Source: Vitrella brassicaformis CCMP3155
Lineage: Eukaryota; Protista; Chromerida
Reading direction: 5' to 3'
DNA length: 64,000 nucleotides
Assembly (NCBI GenBank): GCA_001179505.1
Contig: CDMY01000069.1
Coordinates: forward strand, 124,001-188,000
In this document: one piece after another, positions 46,963-59,521 of the stretch
How the letters are laid out: each line of letters begins with the position of its first letter
Numbering within the stretch: position 1 is the first letter of the stretch
Position numbers and translations under genes: made by a program
Notes under the pieces: model-generated
The model's input: the letters and a program-made list of their open reading frames with translations, nothing else
The model's database searches: none
What the model was told of the DNA's origin: nothing

Positions 46963-49900
46963 GTGTACTCAATCACCCACCTTGAGGTGGACAGGTGCGT
47001 CGGCATGCAGCTGTATGACGGTCTCGAGGAACCACTTGACCATTGGCTGGAAGAGCTTGTACAGCTCATAGGCCCGCCCGGCCGGGGAAATGTTGCGGAA
47101 CAGCGCCTTGAGCACCTGCAGGATGTTGCTGGACCGGTGTGTCGTCTGCGCCAGGGTGATGCATGTGTGGATGAGCGTCTGAAAGTGGGGCTTCAGCATC
47201 AGCTCTCCGGAGGTGGCCTCGGTGCTGCTTTGGTTCTGCTGGATCTGGTGGGCGATGGTCTTGAAAAGCAGCTTGAACAGCCGCAGCACCACGGTCGAAC
47301 GAGTGTGCTTGAGCTGCCCGGTGGGCGAGTGCAGCTCGGACCCCACACCCAGAACGAACCCTTGGTGGCCCTCACGCGCCCTCCCGCCATCAGCCCTAAC
47401 AAACATACAGACAGACATCATGTGCAGACAGACAGACGGTAATACTCGGGCGTGGTGGTTCTCTCTCACCTGACAGCACGGGCGTCGGTCCTTCCTCCCG
47501 GCTGGCCACCAGCACCACCCCTCTCCCTCTCCCTCTCTCTCTCTCTGTCTGCCTGCGGCTCCCCTGTCGGCCCACCGCCACTTGCGACGGCGGCCTGCCT
47601 CGCCTCCTTAATGACGTGCACCGGTTCGTTGCCCATGCCCAGATATCTGAGTGGCCGGTTGGAGGCCGACCCGTTGAGTCTGAAGTGCTTGGCGGCGAAG
47701 TCGTTCATCGTCACGGCCGACCCCAGCGCATCGTAAGGAGGGTTGGGCACCTTGGCGTACGAGTCGACAGCTGGCGCCAGCTTGGTTTTGTCATCGGGGT
47801 CGTCCCGGGGGTCGACGATCTCCATGGGAATGTCGTCTTGGCCATCCCGACCGCCCGACCTGCCGCTAACACCCCGCCACACTATTCCACTCCTCGGCGT
47901 GCCAGTCCTCGAACCAGTGCGGCGATCCCGGTGGTCTGACTCCTGCATTGCATACCAACACAGAGACACACATCGGGGACCACGTGGGTGTGGTGAAGTG
48001 CACTGGTAGGTAGAGTGAGTGACCTGTAGGTCTACTCGGTCGATGTGGGGATCGACCACCAGCCGTGATGGCTTGTCCCGCCGGTGGGAGATGTCGTACA
48101 GCTCCTTGGGGTAGCTGGCCGAGGCGTCCTGGGGCGACCAGATGGACGGGGGCAGGGCGGGGGTGCCGGGGGGCGCCTGCTGCTCGTGGTGGGGGTGGGG
48201 TGGTTTGTCAGTCGGTGTGGGGTCTTCGTCGATGAGCCAGTGCAGCCGCGGCATGAGGAAGTTGAGCAGCACCTCGCCGAACGTCTGTACGGGACGCAGA
48301 CAGACAGACAGACAGGGGAAACAGAAGTGTGTGTGTGTGTGTGTATGGGTAAGGTGTGTATTATGTTCTGTGTTGCGCGCTGTCTGTTTGCAGCCCACCG
48401 ACTGAGTCACTTACCCGTGAGGTGGTTGGGTATGAGATGAGCACTTGCATGGGAACGATCATGATGGGGTCCTCCAGACACTCCTCAAACAGAAACTCAA
48501 TCTCGTGGTGCATCAAATCCTACACACACAACACACACAACACAACACAGAGAGAGATCGAACCGCTCCCGCACTCCTACATTTGGCTGTCTGTCTCTCT
48601 GTCACAGTCACACACACACGCACACACACACGCACACACACACGCATCGCATGCCCACCTGGAAGTTAGAAGGGTTCATGCAGCAGAACATCTTCGAGAA
48701 CATGTCGGTGGCCTCCTTCTCCTCCATCTGCGCAAAGTTCAGCCGCGCGTCCGAGTAGCACCCCCGGCCCACGGCATGTGCGAACAGGGTCCTGTGCTGC
48801 ATGTAGTGCGGCACGTGGCCGCACACCGTGCACCCGCCACCGCCCCGCGGGTAAGCCACCGTCAACGGCGGCCATGGCTGCTGGGCCACCGCCTGAGCAT
48901 AGATCCTGCAGACGGCGAGGCCGTTCTTCAGCAGCTTGGTCAGGTGCTGCAGCTCGGTGTCTGCGAATGGCTGCGGCCCCTGCTGCATCGGGGTGGGCGG
49001 CCGGGGCCCGCCAAGACCCCCTAATGGCGGCTCGCGCGGCGCCTCTGGCGGGTAGTGGTTCATCGCGTAGAAGATCGACTGGATCCCCATGATCAGAACT
49101 CGGATGATCGACTTGGCCTCCCTTATGGTGTTGTCGATATTGGTGCTCTCGACGAGCACGTTGCCGCGGGCGGGGGGGAGGGAGGGGGAGAGAGAGGGGG
49201 AGCCACTGGGGATGCTGGTGGCGTCTGGGTGGGGGAGGAGGGGGTCGCTTGCGGGCGGGGGCGAGGGGGGCCGGTTCCTGCGCAGCCACGCGTTGCTGCC
49301 CAGGTCGTTGGGATCGACATGCAGAAGCTGACAGATTAACAGAATGACCAAGACATCCACACGCAATGTGCTCGTCGCAGCAGTGGGTGTGCGGTCGCCC
49401 ACCCGTGGCAGGTGGTATCGGAGGGAGGCGAACTTGTCGATGAAGCAGTAGAGTATCTTCATGAACAGCGCCCGCCCCCGGCTCTTGTCCTGCTCGTGCC
49501 TGTTGGTGTAGATGCTCTCGCACACCTGCACCAGCATCTTTAGGGCGTGGTTCTGCGTCTGCATCGGCAAGGACGTGTCCGCCGACAGGCGCGTGAAGAT
49601 GTGCACCGCACGCGACAGCTGGCTCATGGTCAGGTCCTGCCGGAAATGCCCAACCACCTCAGCCAACGCCGAACACAGCAGAGGCCTGCCAACCACACGC
49701 GCACACGCCATTGCCATGCGTGTGTGGGCTCGATGTGGTGCGTCTCGTGTTGTCTGTCAGGGTCAGTCAGGGTCACCTGAGCAGCTCATATGAGGTGCAT
49801 CCCCACCCCAGTAGGAGGGTCTCGTCGAGCAGCGGGTCGACGCGCTCACGGAGGCGCTGCCGCATCTCCGTGTTCAGGATCTGACGCACAGCAGTCAGCA

Positions 49901-51537
49901 GCTCCTTCCTGAATGAACGAACCAATGCAACCCACGATTGAAAAGATGAACAACATATATGCACACACATGAATGACATGAGATGACTCATGTGTGCATG
50001 AGAAAGTCGCATGGGTGTGGGGTATTGTATTGTATGTCCCCCCGTCCGATCTGATCTTACACACCGTATGGTGACGTTTTCGTGTGGGCATTTCTTGAAG
50101 AGGTCAATGAGGGCCGTACACGTGTCCTCCATCCGCTGATACACATCCTGACCTGCAGACATGTCCAGACAGACAGACAAACAAACAAACAGACAGACAG
50201 AGGGAGAGAACACCCAATGAGTGCCCCTCTCTCCCATCTCTCTCTCTTGCATGGGCCAGCCAGGCTGCCTGACTGACCGACCTGGTTGTCCGCCCTGCTG
50301 TCCGAATTGTGGGTGCTGCCTGCTGAGGAAGACCACGAACGAGAGGGTCTTGACCTGCGCCGTTAGCAGGTCCGTCAGGGTCGAACGACTCAATTCCGCG
50401 ATCTGCGGAATCTGCTCCTTGCCGCACTTGAGAAACACCATCATGTGCTGGGACAAGGCCTGAGACACACACATAACACACATCCCATCCACCCATTCAC
50501 TCGTCGGTTCGGTCAAGGGTGTGTCTGAGTCCGTCTTTCTGTCTGTCTGTCTGTCTGTCTGTCGTGGGTTTGGTCCTTTAAGTACATGTATGTTTTGGTT
50601 CATGTATCTGGGGTAGAGCTGGAACATGACCATGACCATCAGGGGGCACTCGGACATGACCTTGAAGCTGTCCCGCGCCCTCGTCGACACCTGCACCCCC
50701 GTCAGGCCCCCCAGCCCTCCCAGCGGAGGCAGATCCATGCTCGCACCATCGCGCCCGGCGTGCACGCCCCCCAGTGGCTGTTTCTCCTTGAGCTTGGCGT
50801 CGTTTTGGCGGGTGATAGCGTTGGCAACCATCTGGTGTGTGTTCTCGTAGAGGCTCTCCATGAAGCGGAGGAATGCGGGGCAGTGTCCCTCGAGGCCCTG
50901 CCTGTACGTCTTGTGGATGTTGAACATGGTGAGGATGCAGGCGATGGCGTTGTCCTCGTTATCGTGCTCCAACACGTGCTGACACATCTCCAACATGCTC
51001 TGCACATGAACACATAAACACATTGACAGACAGACAGACAGAGGGGCATACACACATCCCATCCCATCCACACACAGCCTGTTTGCCTGGCTGCATTGCC
51101 AGGGTTTGCTCACGTTGACGTAAGGTTTGAGTGTGTCGTCGCAGCGCAGCCTGGAGAACACGTCGATGATGCCATTGCGGATGCGCTGCTTGGGGTTGTC
51201 GACGAACTGAGCCGGCTCGTGGATGAGGATGCGCCGGAAGGGCTCGAACAAGTGCTGCAAGAACAGGGCGCCGTCAGCGGGGTTGGACGCGTCCACCGCA
51301 TCGCGGATCTCGTTTGTGATCTGCTGACGCTCACGGTCGTCTGCATCAATCAATCACAACACACACATAACCGGTCCACACACAGGCACAGGGCAAGGCT
51401 CTCTGCGTGTGTGCCGACGTGTGTCGGTGTGTGTCAGACATAGAAATACCTGGCTGGCCCTCCTTTTCAGTTAGGCGCCTCGCATAGTCCTGGAGCTCTT
51501 GTTCTGTCATCTTGGTCAGCGTCGTCAGCCGCACCAT
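29372..51537 (-). CDS. TRRAP: TRRAP/Tra1, PIKK-family pseudokinase scaffold of SAGA and NuA4; dozens of introns
   Basis: N-terminal DNEDNAIACI, SFKVMSECPL, RKELLTAVRQIL and LLDETLLLGWG are Tra1 HEAT motifs. FAT region WRNRLPNKWE..W. Kinase-like EDRVPFRLTRNVQ. FATC end DLIRRASTHANLMQQPPKWHPWL* with stop at 29372-29374. Confidence 0.95.
32976..33056. repeat. Interstitial telomere-type repeats in inverted (head-to-head) arrangement inside a TRRAP intron
   Basis: tagggtttagggtttagggtt-aagcc-aaaccctaagccctaaaccctgaaccccaaaccctaaaccccaaaccctaaaccc: about 3 TTTAGGG units then about 7 CCCTAAA/CCCTGAA/CCCCAAA units. Confidence 0.9.
33515..33814. other. Assembly gap (300 N) between poly-G runs, inside a TRRAP intron
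   Basis: Flanked by runs of more than 20 G. The exons on either side join as ...SAFLH|DLPWTMIKLAGIAR, so no exon seems to be missing. Confidence 0.9.
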
Positions 51538-51817
51538 GCTGCTTGCTCCTAGCCAATCATGAGTAAGGCCGGATAAGCATCGTCCTCGTCTGCGGAGCAC
51601 TCAGACAGGCTGGCTGTCATGCATCCTACGTGCAACGGGCTCCTCTTAGCTCAGATCTTCGAGAGATGCCGCTCTGTCAAAGATGATCGGCAATCTGAAG
51701 ATCCAGCCGATTTTGGCCGTCGAACCCACTACTGTCCACTCGTAGTGTCCTGCTGAACGTTCGGGGAAGGCCAAAATGTGCGGAACCAGAATACGCCAAT
51801 CTGCGAGCTAAGCTCGC
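51538..51817. promoter_or_regulatory. Short divergent intergenic region between TRRAP and PSTK, putative bidirectional promoter
   Basis: TRRAP ATG at 51537 (minus). First in-frame PSTK ATGs at 51818, 51845 and 51869 (plus). Confidence 0.5.
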
Positions 51818-53237
51818 ATGTCCTTGAGGGAGGATGCCAGCGTAATGGAAGTGAACAGCGGCCATGGCATGGCGAGTTGTCTCAAGCCCTCTCGTGGTGG
51901 CTGCCTTGTACTCATCTGCGGCCTTCCTGCCAGCGGAAAGACCACACTCGGCCGCTCTCTCGTTCAATCTGAGCCGTTCAGGAGGGTGCTCATCGAACAC
52001 GCGAGGCGCATTGCTGATGCCGAGGCGCCTGGCGATGAGGAGAAGAAAGCGAGGCGGGATGATGTGAGTGTGAAGATCTCCTTGATGTCGTTTGATGATG
52101 TTGAGGACGAGCTCAGGCAGAGGCGGCATGATCCATCTCATGCACGAGAGGGCGAAGATTTAGATGTGTTTGACCCTGATGTGTGGCGAGAGGCTCGTTC
52201 TGTGGCTGTCACCCGCACTCGTCAGCTCCTGCAAGAAGACGGGGACAGCCACACGTGTGTCATCGTCGATGACAACTTCTATCGGCGGTCTATGCGGAAA
52301 GCCTTTGCCAAACTGGCCAGAGAATGTCAGTGGGCCACACACACGGGAGGGCCTTCTGCGGTGCGGACCGCCTGTTTGGCCTGTCTTTGTGTGTGAGGTA
52401 CAGGTGCGAGTGGGTTCGTGCAGCTGCTGCTTGATCTGCCAGCTGAGGCTGCCGTCGCGCGCAACGAGAATAGGAGCAGTTGTCCGTCGCCCTCCGTCCC
52501 TTCATTCGTCATCAGGCACATGGCCGAGTGCGTCGAGTGGCCGCCATCGTCCACCGATCTCTCGGCGAGTGGCCAACATGACCACAAGAGCACGGCGACG
52601 GCCGCCAATGGTGTGCACTATCGAATCCGTTGGGAGTCGGCCGTCGAGCGGTCGACGGCCCACATCGACTCGACCACACCCCCCGATGACATGGTTGGTT
52701 GTATACACACATAGCCACCGTCACAACCTGTGTTGAACACACACTCATTCGTTCGTCGCCTTCAGGTGTCGTCGATTGTGCGTTGGTTGTCCGAGAGTGT
52801 GGAGCCCTGGCGCCCAATCGTCGCTGTGGACAGTGAGGGCCGAGAAAGCGGCGAGGGCACGACAGACGGAGGGAGAGGAAAGGTCACCTCGTCGCCAATC
52901 CAGGAGATCGAAGTGCGACTTAGGCGGCTGATCAGCGAGGCTCTCAAGACGTGCTCGGGAGGTGACAGAGGTCAGCCCAGGACACATATGCAAGAGTGAG
53001 CGTGTCGACAATGATGCCTCCCTCCTTCGCTGTGTGTCAGGTGTGACGGGGGAGCTTGCTCAGCGGTGGAGCCGTCTCAAGAGTGAGTTCATGCGAGAAG
53101 TTAAGGCGCAGGTGGCCGCCAGGAATGGGGAGGGTGTATGTGACGATGAAGCACTGGATGGTCTGTATGACGCCTTCATGCGGAGATGCCAGCAAGACGC
53201 GGCCGACTATTTGTCGACAGGTGCGTGTTCAAGTTGA
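51818..53237 (+). CDS. PSTK: L-seryl-tRNA(Sec) kinase (PSTK), P-loop kinase, multi-exon
   Basis: LVLICGLPASGKTT (Walker A), SFDDV, VIVDDNFYRRSMRKAFAKLARE (PSTK DDNFYxxSMR motif) and VQLLLDLPAEAAVARNENR. Stop at 53235-53237. Confidence 0.85.
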
Positions 53238-53376
53238 GTGTATATATGCACAGATAGATATGCCGGTGCGGGCGGGTGAGTAAGAGAGAGGGAGAGTGCC
53301 CTCCTCAGATGAATCGATTCATCTGTATCAATCTACCTTCGTGCATGAATGCAATGCATGGTGTCCCACTCCACTT

Positions 53377-53528
53377 GCGCGTGTGCGTGGCCTGTTGAAA
53401 GCGCTGAAGTGGAGCACTTTGCGGCCAAACAAGCGTCAGCATTCCCCCCGCTGAACGACAACCTGACGAAACAACACATAACACATACACACACATGACA
53501 CACGGGATGAGGAAGACGGTCCATCGTC
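53377..53528. repeat. ~150-bp dispersed repeat, copy 1
   Basis: About 120 bp nearly identical to 60460-60580 (2 substitutions in aaagcgctg/aaagtgttg), plus a shared gacggtccatcgtc end. Confidence 0.9.
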
Positions 53529-53670
53529 AGTGCGATCCATGCGAGCTTAAGGGGAGAGGAAGAGATCTTGAGAGGGTAAGCAGGCTTCTACGTTCCTTGA
53601 TCTTTCCCCCACCGATCTCCTGTGCACGCACACTGATGGCCCCATGGCAGGTTCTCGTGCTCTTTGCCCA

Positions 53671-53734
53671 GATCTATCTATGATGAGGCCGACGGCTGCA
53701 GGTACGATAAATTCACCTCACTGACCAATAGATC
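53671..53734 (+). ncRNA. Possible small box C/D RNA (speculative)
   Basis: ATGATGA (53680-53686) and CTGA (53721-53724) are enclosed by the 7-bp inverted repeat gatctat/atagatc. It is short and could instead be 5' exon or UTR of the kinase gene. Confidence 0.2.
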
Positions 53735-53755
53735 CCAGCACGCGACAGTGGGGAT

Positions 53756-55830
53756 ATGGATCGTCCACCAAGGAGCGCTTGCTGTGTCCTTCTTTGTTCA
53801 GAGAGAGGGTCAGGGAGAGGAGGGCGTCGGTGGTGCTGGCGACGGCTGATCAGGAGGGGCCAAGCGCGGGCCGGTCAGAGGGAGAAACAAAAGGGAACTG
53901 AGGTGTCAACGCAGTCGTTCTGACGGCTTTATGTGCTGCACTCAGAGCTTTTGAAGAGCTACAGATTGGGAAAGAAGCTTGCCGAGGGCGGCTTCTCCCG
54001 ATCCTACACGGCCACGCCGAAGACCCCAAGCCGCTGTGGGATGACTACCCAGAAGGTAAGAGGACAATATATTAAGGAATGCGTGCAAGATCGGGCGTCT
54101 ACATGTACTTGGCTGTGCTTGCAGGTCGTTGTTAAGGTCATCAAGATAGACGAGAACGCCGAGCAGAAGAGGGAGAGATGGGATACCAATCGTTGTCTCA
54201 GGTGAAGGCTACAATGCCTCGCCGCACGCACATCCGATGGCTTTCGTCTTCGCATTCGGCTGTATGTGTGTATGTAGATTCATGAAGGGCCGGCGGCACA
54301 TCGTCTCCGCGATGACGCCAGACGAGATCGACCAGGAGCTCAAGCTGCTCCATCTCGCTCAGCACGGCCAGAACGGCGACAACGACGGCCACCCCAACAT
54401 CGTGAAGGTGCATGACGTCTACAGAGACGACTTCTCATGCTACATTGGTCAATAAGAAGAGCCAGGCGTCGCTGCAGATTGTCGTGGGTGGAATGTCGGT
54501 CTTTGTGCCCCTGATTTCCTCTTACCTACCTGCTGTTCAGTGATGGACCAGTATGTCGAGGACCTCTATGACTTCGAGGCCTCGGAGTTGCCTGAGGAGC
54601 GGCTTGCTGAGATGACGGCCGACATGGTGCGAGCTGTGCAGCACCTGCACAGCAACGACATCATCCATCGGTGAGGCAGACAGACAGGTGCCTGCATTTG
54701 CGCTCGAATCTCTCTCTCTCTGTGTGTGTGTGTGTGTTTTCTCTGTCAGAGACATCAAGTGCGACAACTTCTTTATAGCCGACGACGGTCGCGTCGTTCT
54801 GTCGGACTTCGGCGTCTCGATGGAGACGACGTGCGAGGAGGCGGGAATCCACAGCGAGGAAATGTAAGAGGCATGCTCTTCTTTGTCTATTCATTCGCAT
54901 GAGTTGTTCTGTGTGCAGCGTCGGAGTCAACGAATACCGGCCGCCAGAGGTGTGGAGGGATGATTTTGGGAAGAAGGCGGACATGTGGAGCCTCGGTGAG
55001 TGATCGGTAGCACTGGTCCATTCCTTGCCTGCTCGCCTGTCTGTCTGTCGCACTGCTGCATGCAATCGTGGGTGGATGTAGGCGTCGTCCTCTACAAGAT
55101 CGGCAGCGGTTTTCTCCCATTCAACGGTGGATGGACAAACCAGCATTGGGAGGCAAGATGTCACCCTAACCCTTATTTGTTGTTTGCGGTAGGGCAAGAC
55201 GAGACAAGACTGCGCAAGATTATCGAGAAGCGCCTCTGCACCTGGAAGGCGCTGCACAGGCAGACACCGCCAGAGTTCGTCGACCTTGTTCAGAAGCTGC
55301 TCGTCCCGGGTTATATAAACACATGAATGATCGGCACAGGCTATATGCAACTCATCCCCCTTGTCCCTTGTGTGTATTTATCCATCCATCGTACAGATCC
55401 CAAGAAGCGCTTGTCCGCCGCTGAGGCCTTGGAGCATCCCTTCATTCAGCATGTGGCGCCACGCGAGCAACAGGACCAAACCAGCGGGGACAGACGAGGG
55501 AGAGGGCGAGAGGGCGGGAGAAGTGCTGCAGCTGCTGCAGGTGGTAAGCAAATCGACGTCTTCCTTCTGTCTGTCAAGCAATAATTGTTCTCGCCTGCCT
55601 GCATGTCAGGGTGGCTGCTGTTGAGTGAGGACGACCACAAAGAGGCGGCCGCAGCTGCTGCTGCTGTTGGCGGCAGGGCGGACAGTGAGGACGACTACGG
55701 AGAGGCAAAGGGCATCCGCAGGCTCAACTGCGGCTGCCCGTGCTTCTGGTGGGTGCGGGCGTGCGGCCGTCTTTTCAGGCGCCGCAGAAGGGGCGGGGAG
55801 ACATTAATGGCCAGCGAAGAGGGCGACTGA
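53756..55830 (+). CDS. Ser/Thr protein kinase (CAMK-like), multi-exon; first exon uncertain
   Basis: YRLGKKLAEGGFS, VVVKVIK, HPNIVKVHDVY, HR|DIKCDN, LSDFG, YRPPEVW, ADMWSLGVVLY and DPKKRLSAAEALEHPFI. Stop at 55828-55830. Confidence 0.9.
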
Positions 55831-56354
55831 TCCACGTTTACGTGTGCAGTAATATCGGTGTTGAGTTCCGATGACACTCTATGTGCTATTCCCCTATACA
55901 CGAGCATTCATGTACACGTCCTCCTTTGGACCTTAATCAATGTGAATGAGTGGTGAATGGTCCTCATGCGTGCAGCATGATGCATGTCTTGCGGCTTATC
56001 GAAGGCACAGAGGCGTGTCTCTCGGTCGGTTTGCCAATCAATCTGTCACTCGATCTATCACGATATGTGTCACATTCATCCGTCTTATTGCTGCAGAGCA
56101 CACAACTACCCTCACTGCAGAGCACACAAAAGCTCATGTCAGACGCCCCATCTTCGATGGTGGCATCGACACACACAGAGACATCGGACACATTCGTGTA
56201 TTTTCAATCCTTCTTTACTATGGCGCAAAAGAGTGCCGAACGGCATATGACTTTCCTTCCTTCGTTCAGACAGGTGGCCTTACAGATCATCATGCACACA
56301 TCCCCGCCCACCCCACCCCACCCAACACATAGACGTGAGTCGATCAACAGAGAC

Positions 56355-59338
56355 TTATCTTCCCGCTCCGTCCATGAAGGTCGTCAGCAGCGCTGCCGCC
56401 ACTCTGGACGGCTCCCCAGTCCCCCCCGTATCGTCTAGCAGCGTGTGGCGTGACATGTCGTCGCCGTGCATGACTTCGTCAGCCCCATCAGCCGCTGCCG
56501 CCCCTGCTGCTGCTGCCGCTGGCTGCTCGTGCTGAAGCTGTGGTGGGTCCCTCTCGTACCGCAGCCTGTAGGTGCTCTCGATCAGCTGCCTTAGAGTGTC
56601 GAGACGGGACCACACCACGGCCGGGAGCTCCTGCAGCCACACACACAGACATATGACACACATGAAGGGAGGAAGAAGTGTGATTGCATACTGTGTCTGC
56701 GGAGTCAGCCGCATGGCTGAAGAGGAGCGCTGAGTCAGGGTCACGCTGCAGGCCCGAGAGGATAGATACGAAATCCTCCAGGCGCAGCAATGCACTGCGG
56801 CGGCATTCTGAACACGCACACACACACACGCGCCACACACCAGCAATGCACATCGCGCATGTCAACCACAAGATTCTTTCTCAACCTACTCAGCTCTTGG
56901 AGCGGGAAGGCAGACCGCATCTCGGTGTACAGCCCCAGCTTTTGGATGTCGGCCTGTGAGGGGGGCTGTGCTGCGACCTCGTCCAGACTCAGCGACTTCC
57001 TGCGGGTGTCCTCGCTGCCGACGCTGAGCCCATAGGACGCTCGCAGATACAGCGACACGCCCTCGGGCATTTCCACCTCAACCCCACAGGCTTGTGCCGC
57101 CGGTGCTGCTGCCGCCGCTGCTGCCGCCGCTGGCTGCTCGTATGCCGCTGAGATTAGAGAAAGAGGAGCAGCTCATCATGATGCAGGCCTGCTGTCAAAT
57201 CACGCCGTGTATGTGTGGTTTCGCTCACCCCCTCCGTGTGCGCCCATCCCAAAGGCGACCTTCCGGCCCCCGTCATTTGCTGGCTGGTTGAGCTGAACCG
57301 CAATGGATGAGAACAGCAGGTGGACGTACAGGAGACACAGCCCCTCGAGCACCCTCTTCGCCCGCTGGATCCATGTCTCCCCATGGACGCCGTGCGGTGG
57401 GAGGGGAGACGGGAGGGAGGGCGTAAGCTGCGCGATGGCCGCATACTGGCGCATGCTGGCCTCGCGTAGATACTCCCAGAGCAGGGAGGGGTCGCGCGGC
57501 TGGCGGGGCATTGGATGGAACGGGATGTTGAACTTGAAAACCGCCTCGACTTGCAGACCGCGAAGCATGCTGAAGGGCAACCATCAAGTGGAATACATGC
57601 ACATGTGCATATTCTCTTGGTCTTTCTCACGCCATGACTTGGTCTCGCCCGAATTTGATGGCCTTCATGCGATCCGTCCACTGCCGCTCGTCTGTCTGAT
57701 AGGGATACGCACACATGAAGAACACGACTATCAGCAAGACAGCAACGCCGCCATCCCATCTGATGATCCTACGGTGGAATCGTGTCGTGAAGGGCTGGAG
57801 ACGTCAAGTTCCATCATCCCGTAACCTCCACCCCCGGCTGCATCATCACCCTCGACCGCCTGCTCCTTCACCCTCTCTGCCCCAAACCATGAAAGCCCCA
57901 CGCCTGGGCTCCCCCTTTGGCGTCTGCCTCCACCCCGTGGCGGCGATGCGAGGGGTGTGGCGTCCTCGAATTCGAACAGCGGCTGCAGCTGCGGCCTGAC
58001 CCCTCTCTGCCCTGTGTGGCGACCTGCTGTCCCAGCTGCTGGCGACACTGCGGCCACTGCAGCGGCCATGGGCTCGTCCTTGACGTGTCCCTTGTCTGCT
58101 TGCTCTTCCTCCTTGACCGGGTGCTTGGCGAGGAACAACGGCAGCGCCAGAGGGGCCGAGCCTCGGCGCTCAAACAATAATTGTCGGCGCCTGCGTCGCT
58201 CTGTTGCTGGTCTGGCGGCCACAGGAGCAGGCATAGGCTCATCGTTGATGTCGGCCTGTCCCTCCAACGCAGCCGAGACATGGTGCTTTCGATGGTTGCG
58301 GACTTCCTGTCTTGCTTACGCGTCTGCTCCGCTCCTAGGCTGCCTTCTTGGCGCTCCTGCACTAGGTGGTGCACTGTCCCCAACGCCTTCCGGTTCTTAA
58401 TGGAGTTGGCGTATCGCTGTAAAGAGCACAGAGCTCTTACATTGCGCCACACACACACACGTGTTTCCTTGCGCATACTCCGTAGTCTCGCATATTCTCA
58501 TCGCCCCACTCATATAGCTGCAGGAAAGTCAAGGTTGCTTTCTTATTTGTCTACAGCTGCCAGCATCCGTACCGTACCCGTATGTTGTTGGGGGTGCAAA
58601 TGGCGTAGTCCCCTTCGGCGACACTCCAGATGCAGACCGGATCTTTCATCCTGTCATGCTCACCACAAAGCTGGGCGATGGCCTTCTCATTCACCAGGAA
58701 GCCTGAACAGAGACGCAGACGCAGACGCATTTGAAAACACCACACATCCAACGCGTTTCATGGACGGTACCCTGGTCGATCATGAGCCGAAGGCACACGC
58801 GCACGCCCAGCTGCCAAGGGCTATTGCCCTTCTTCCACCACACAAACGAGCCCACGGGGACTGAAAGTGACCCGAAACAAACAGAGAGATGGACAAAGAC
58901 AAAGTCACCCAACAAGCAGCGGGCACGATCCATGGGCCATGGTGGAGTAACTGCGGGTATGATGACTCTTACGCTCTTGTTTGCCGGGTGAGGGTGCATC
59001 GCCAGCTGCCGAAGACGCCATACTTCCTTTTCGAATCGCGCAATGTGGAGCAGAGGAGGAAGAGATGAATGAATGGACAGATGGACTGTCTGATTGAGTT
59101 TTGTGTGCTGTCTTCCTGGCGTACCTGTGTCTTCGTGCCTCTGATCTGCTGTTTGCCGTGCTCGAATCGACGACAAAGGGAGGGATCGGAAGGATGGGCC
59201 CCCACGAGGCCGCCCAAACGGAAGCGTCAGCAACAGGTCCCGAGACAGCAGGCAGCAGGCGACGTCAGGCCATCTCTCAAGCAGGTGGCCGTGTGAAGCG
59301 CCTGGCGTCTGTGTGGAGTGAGAGATTGGTTTGATCAT
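56355..59338 (-). CDS. Multi-exon hypothetical protein with a possible PWWP/Tudor-like module near the N-terminus
   Basis: Coding-like exons with GT-AG junctions. PVGSFVWWKKGNSPWQLGVRV resembles a PWWP/Tudor start. Stop at 56355. The 5' end is approximate. Confidence 0.5.
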
Positions 59339-59521
59339 TGGACGTTCATGTTTCAACAAGTCGCACAAAAGCTAATGAACGAGTGGAAGTGAAGTTCCAC
59401 ATCAGCATATGGCACCCGAGATAGACAGAGAGAGATCCGACTGGCTTCTTGACGCATGCCGATCCATAAAGCAACATGGCCAAAGACACCCTTCAACACA
59501 CATCGAATCGATATCATCACA

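Noticed and set aside
29384-49339. Many long plus-strand ORFs opposite TRRAP (for example 29384-30169 and 30680-31381)
   Set aside because: Antisense shadows of GC-rich coding exons.
59342-59400. Two adjacent small hairpins (cgttcat...atgaacg and gtggaa...ttccac)
   Set aside because: No H or ACA boxes or other family signature. Chance level for this much sequence.
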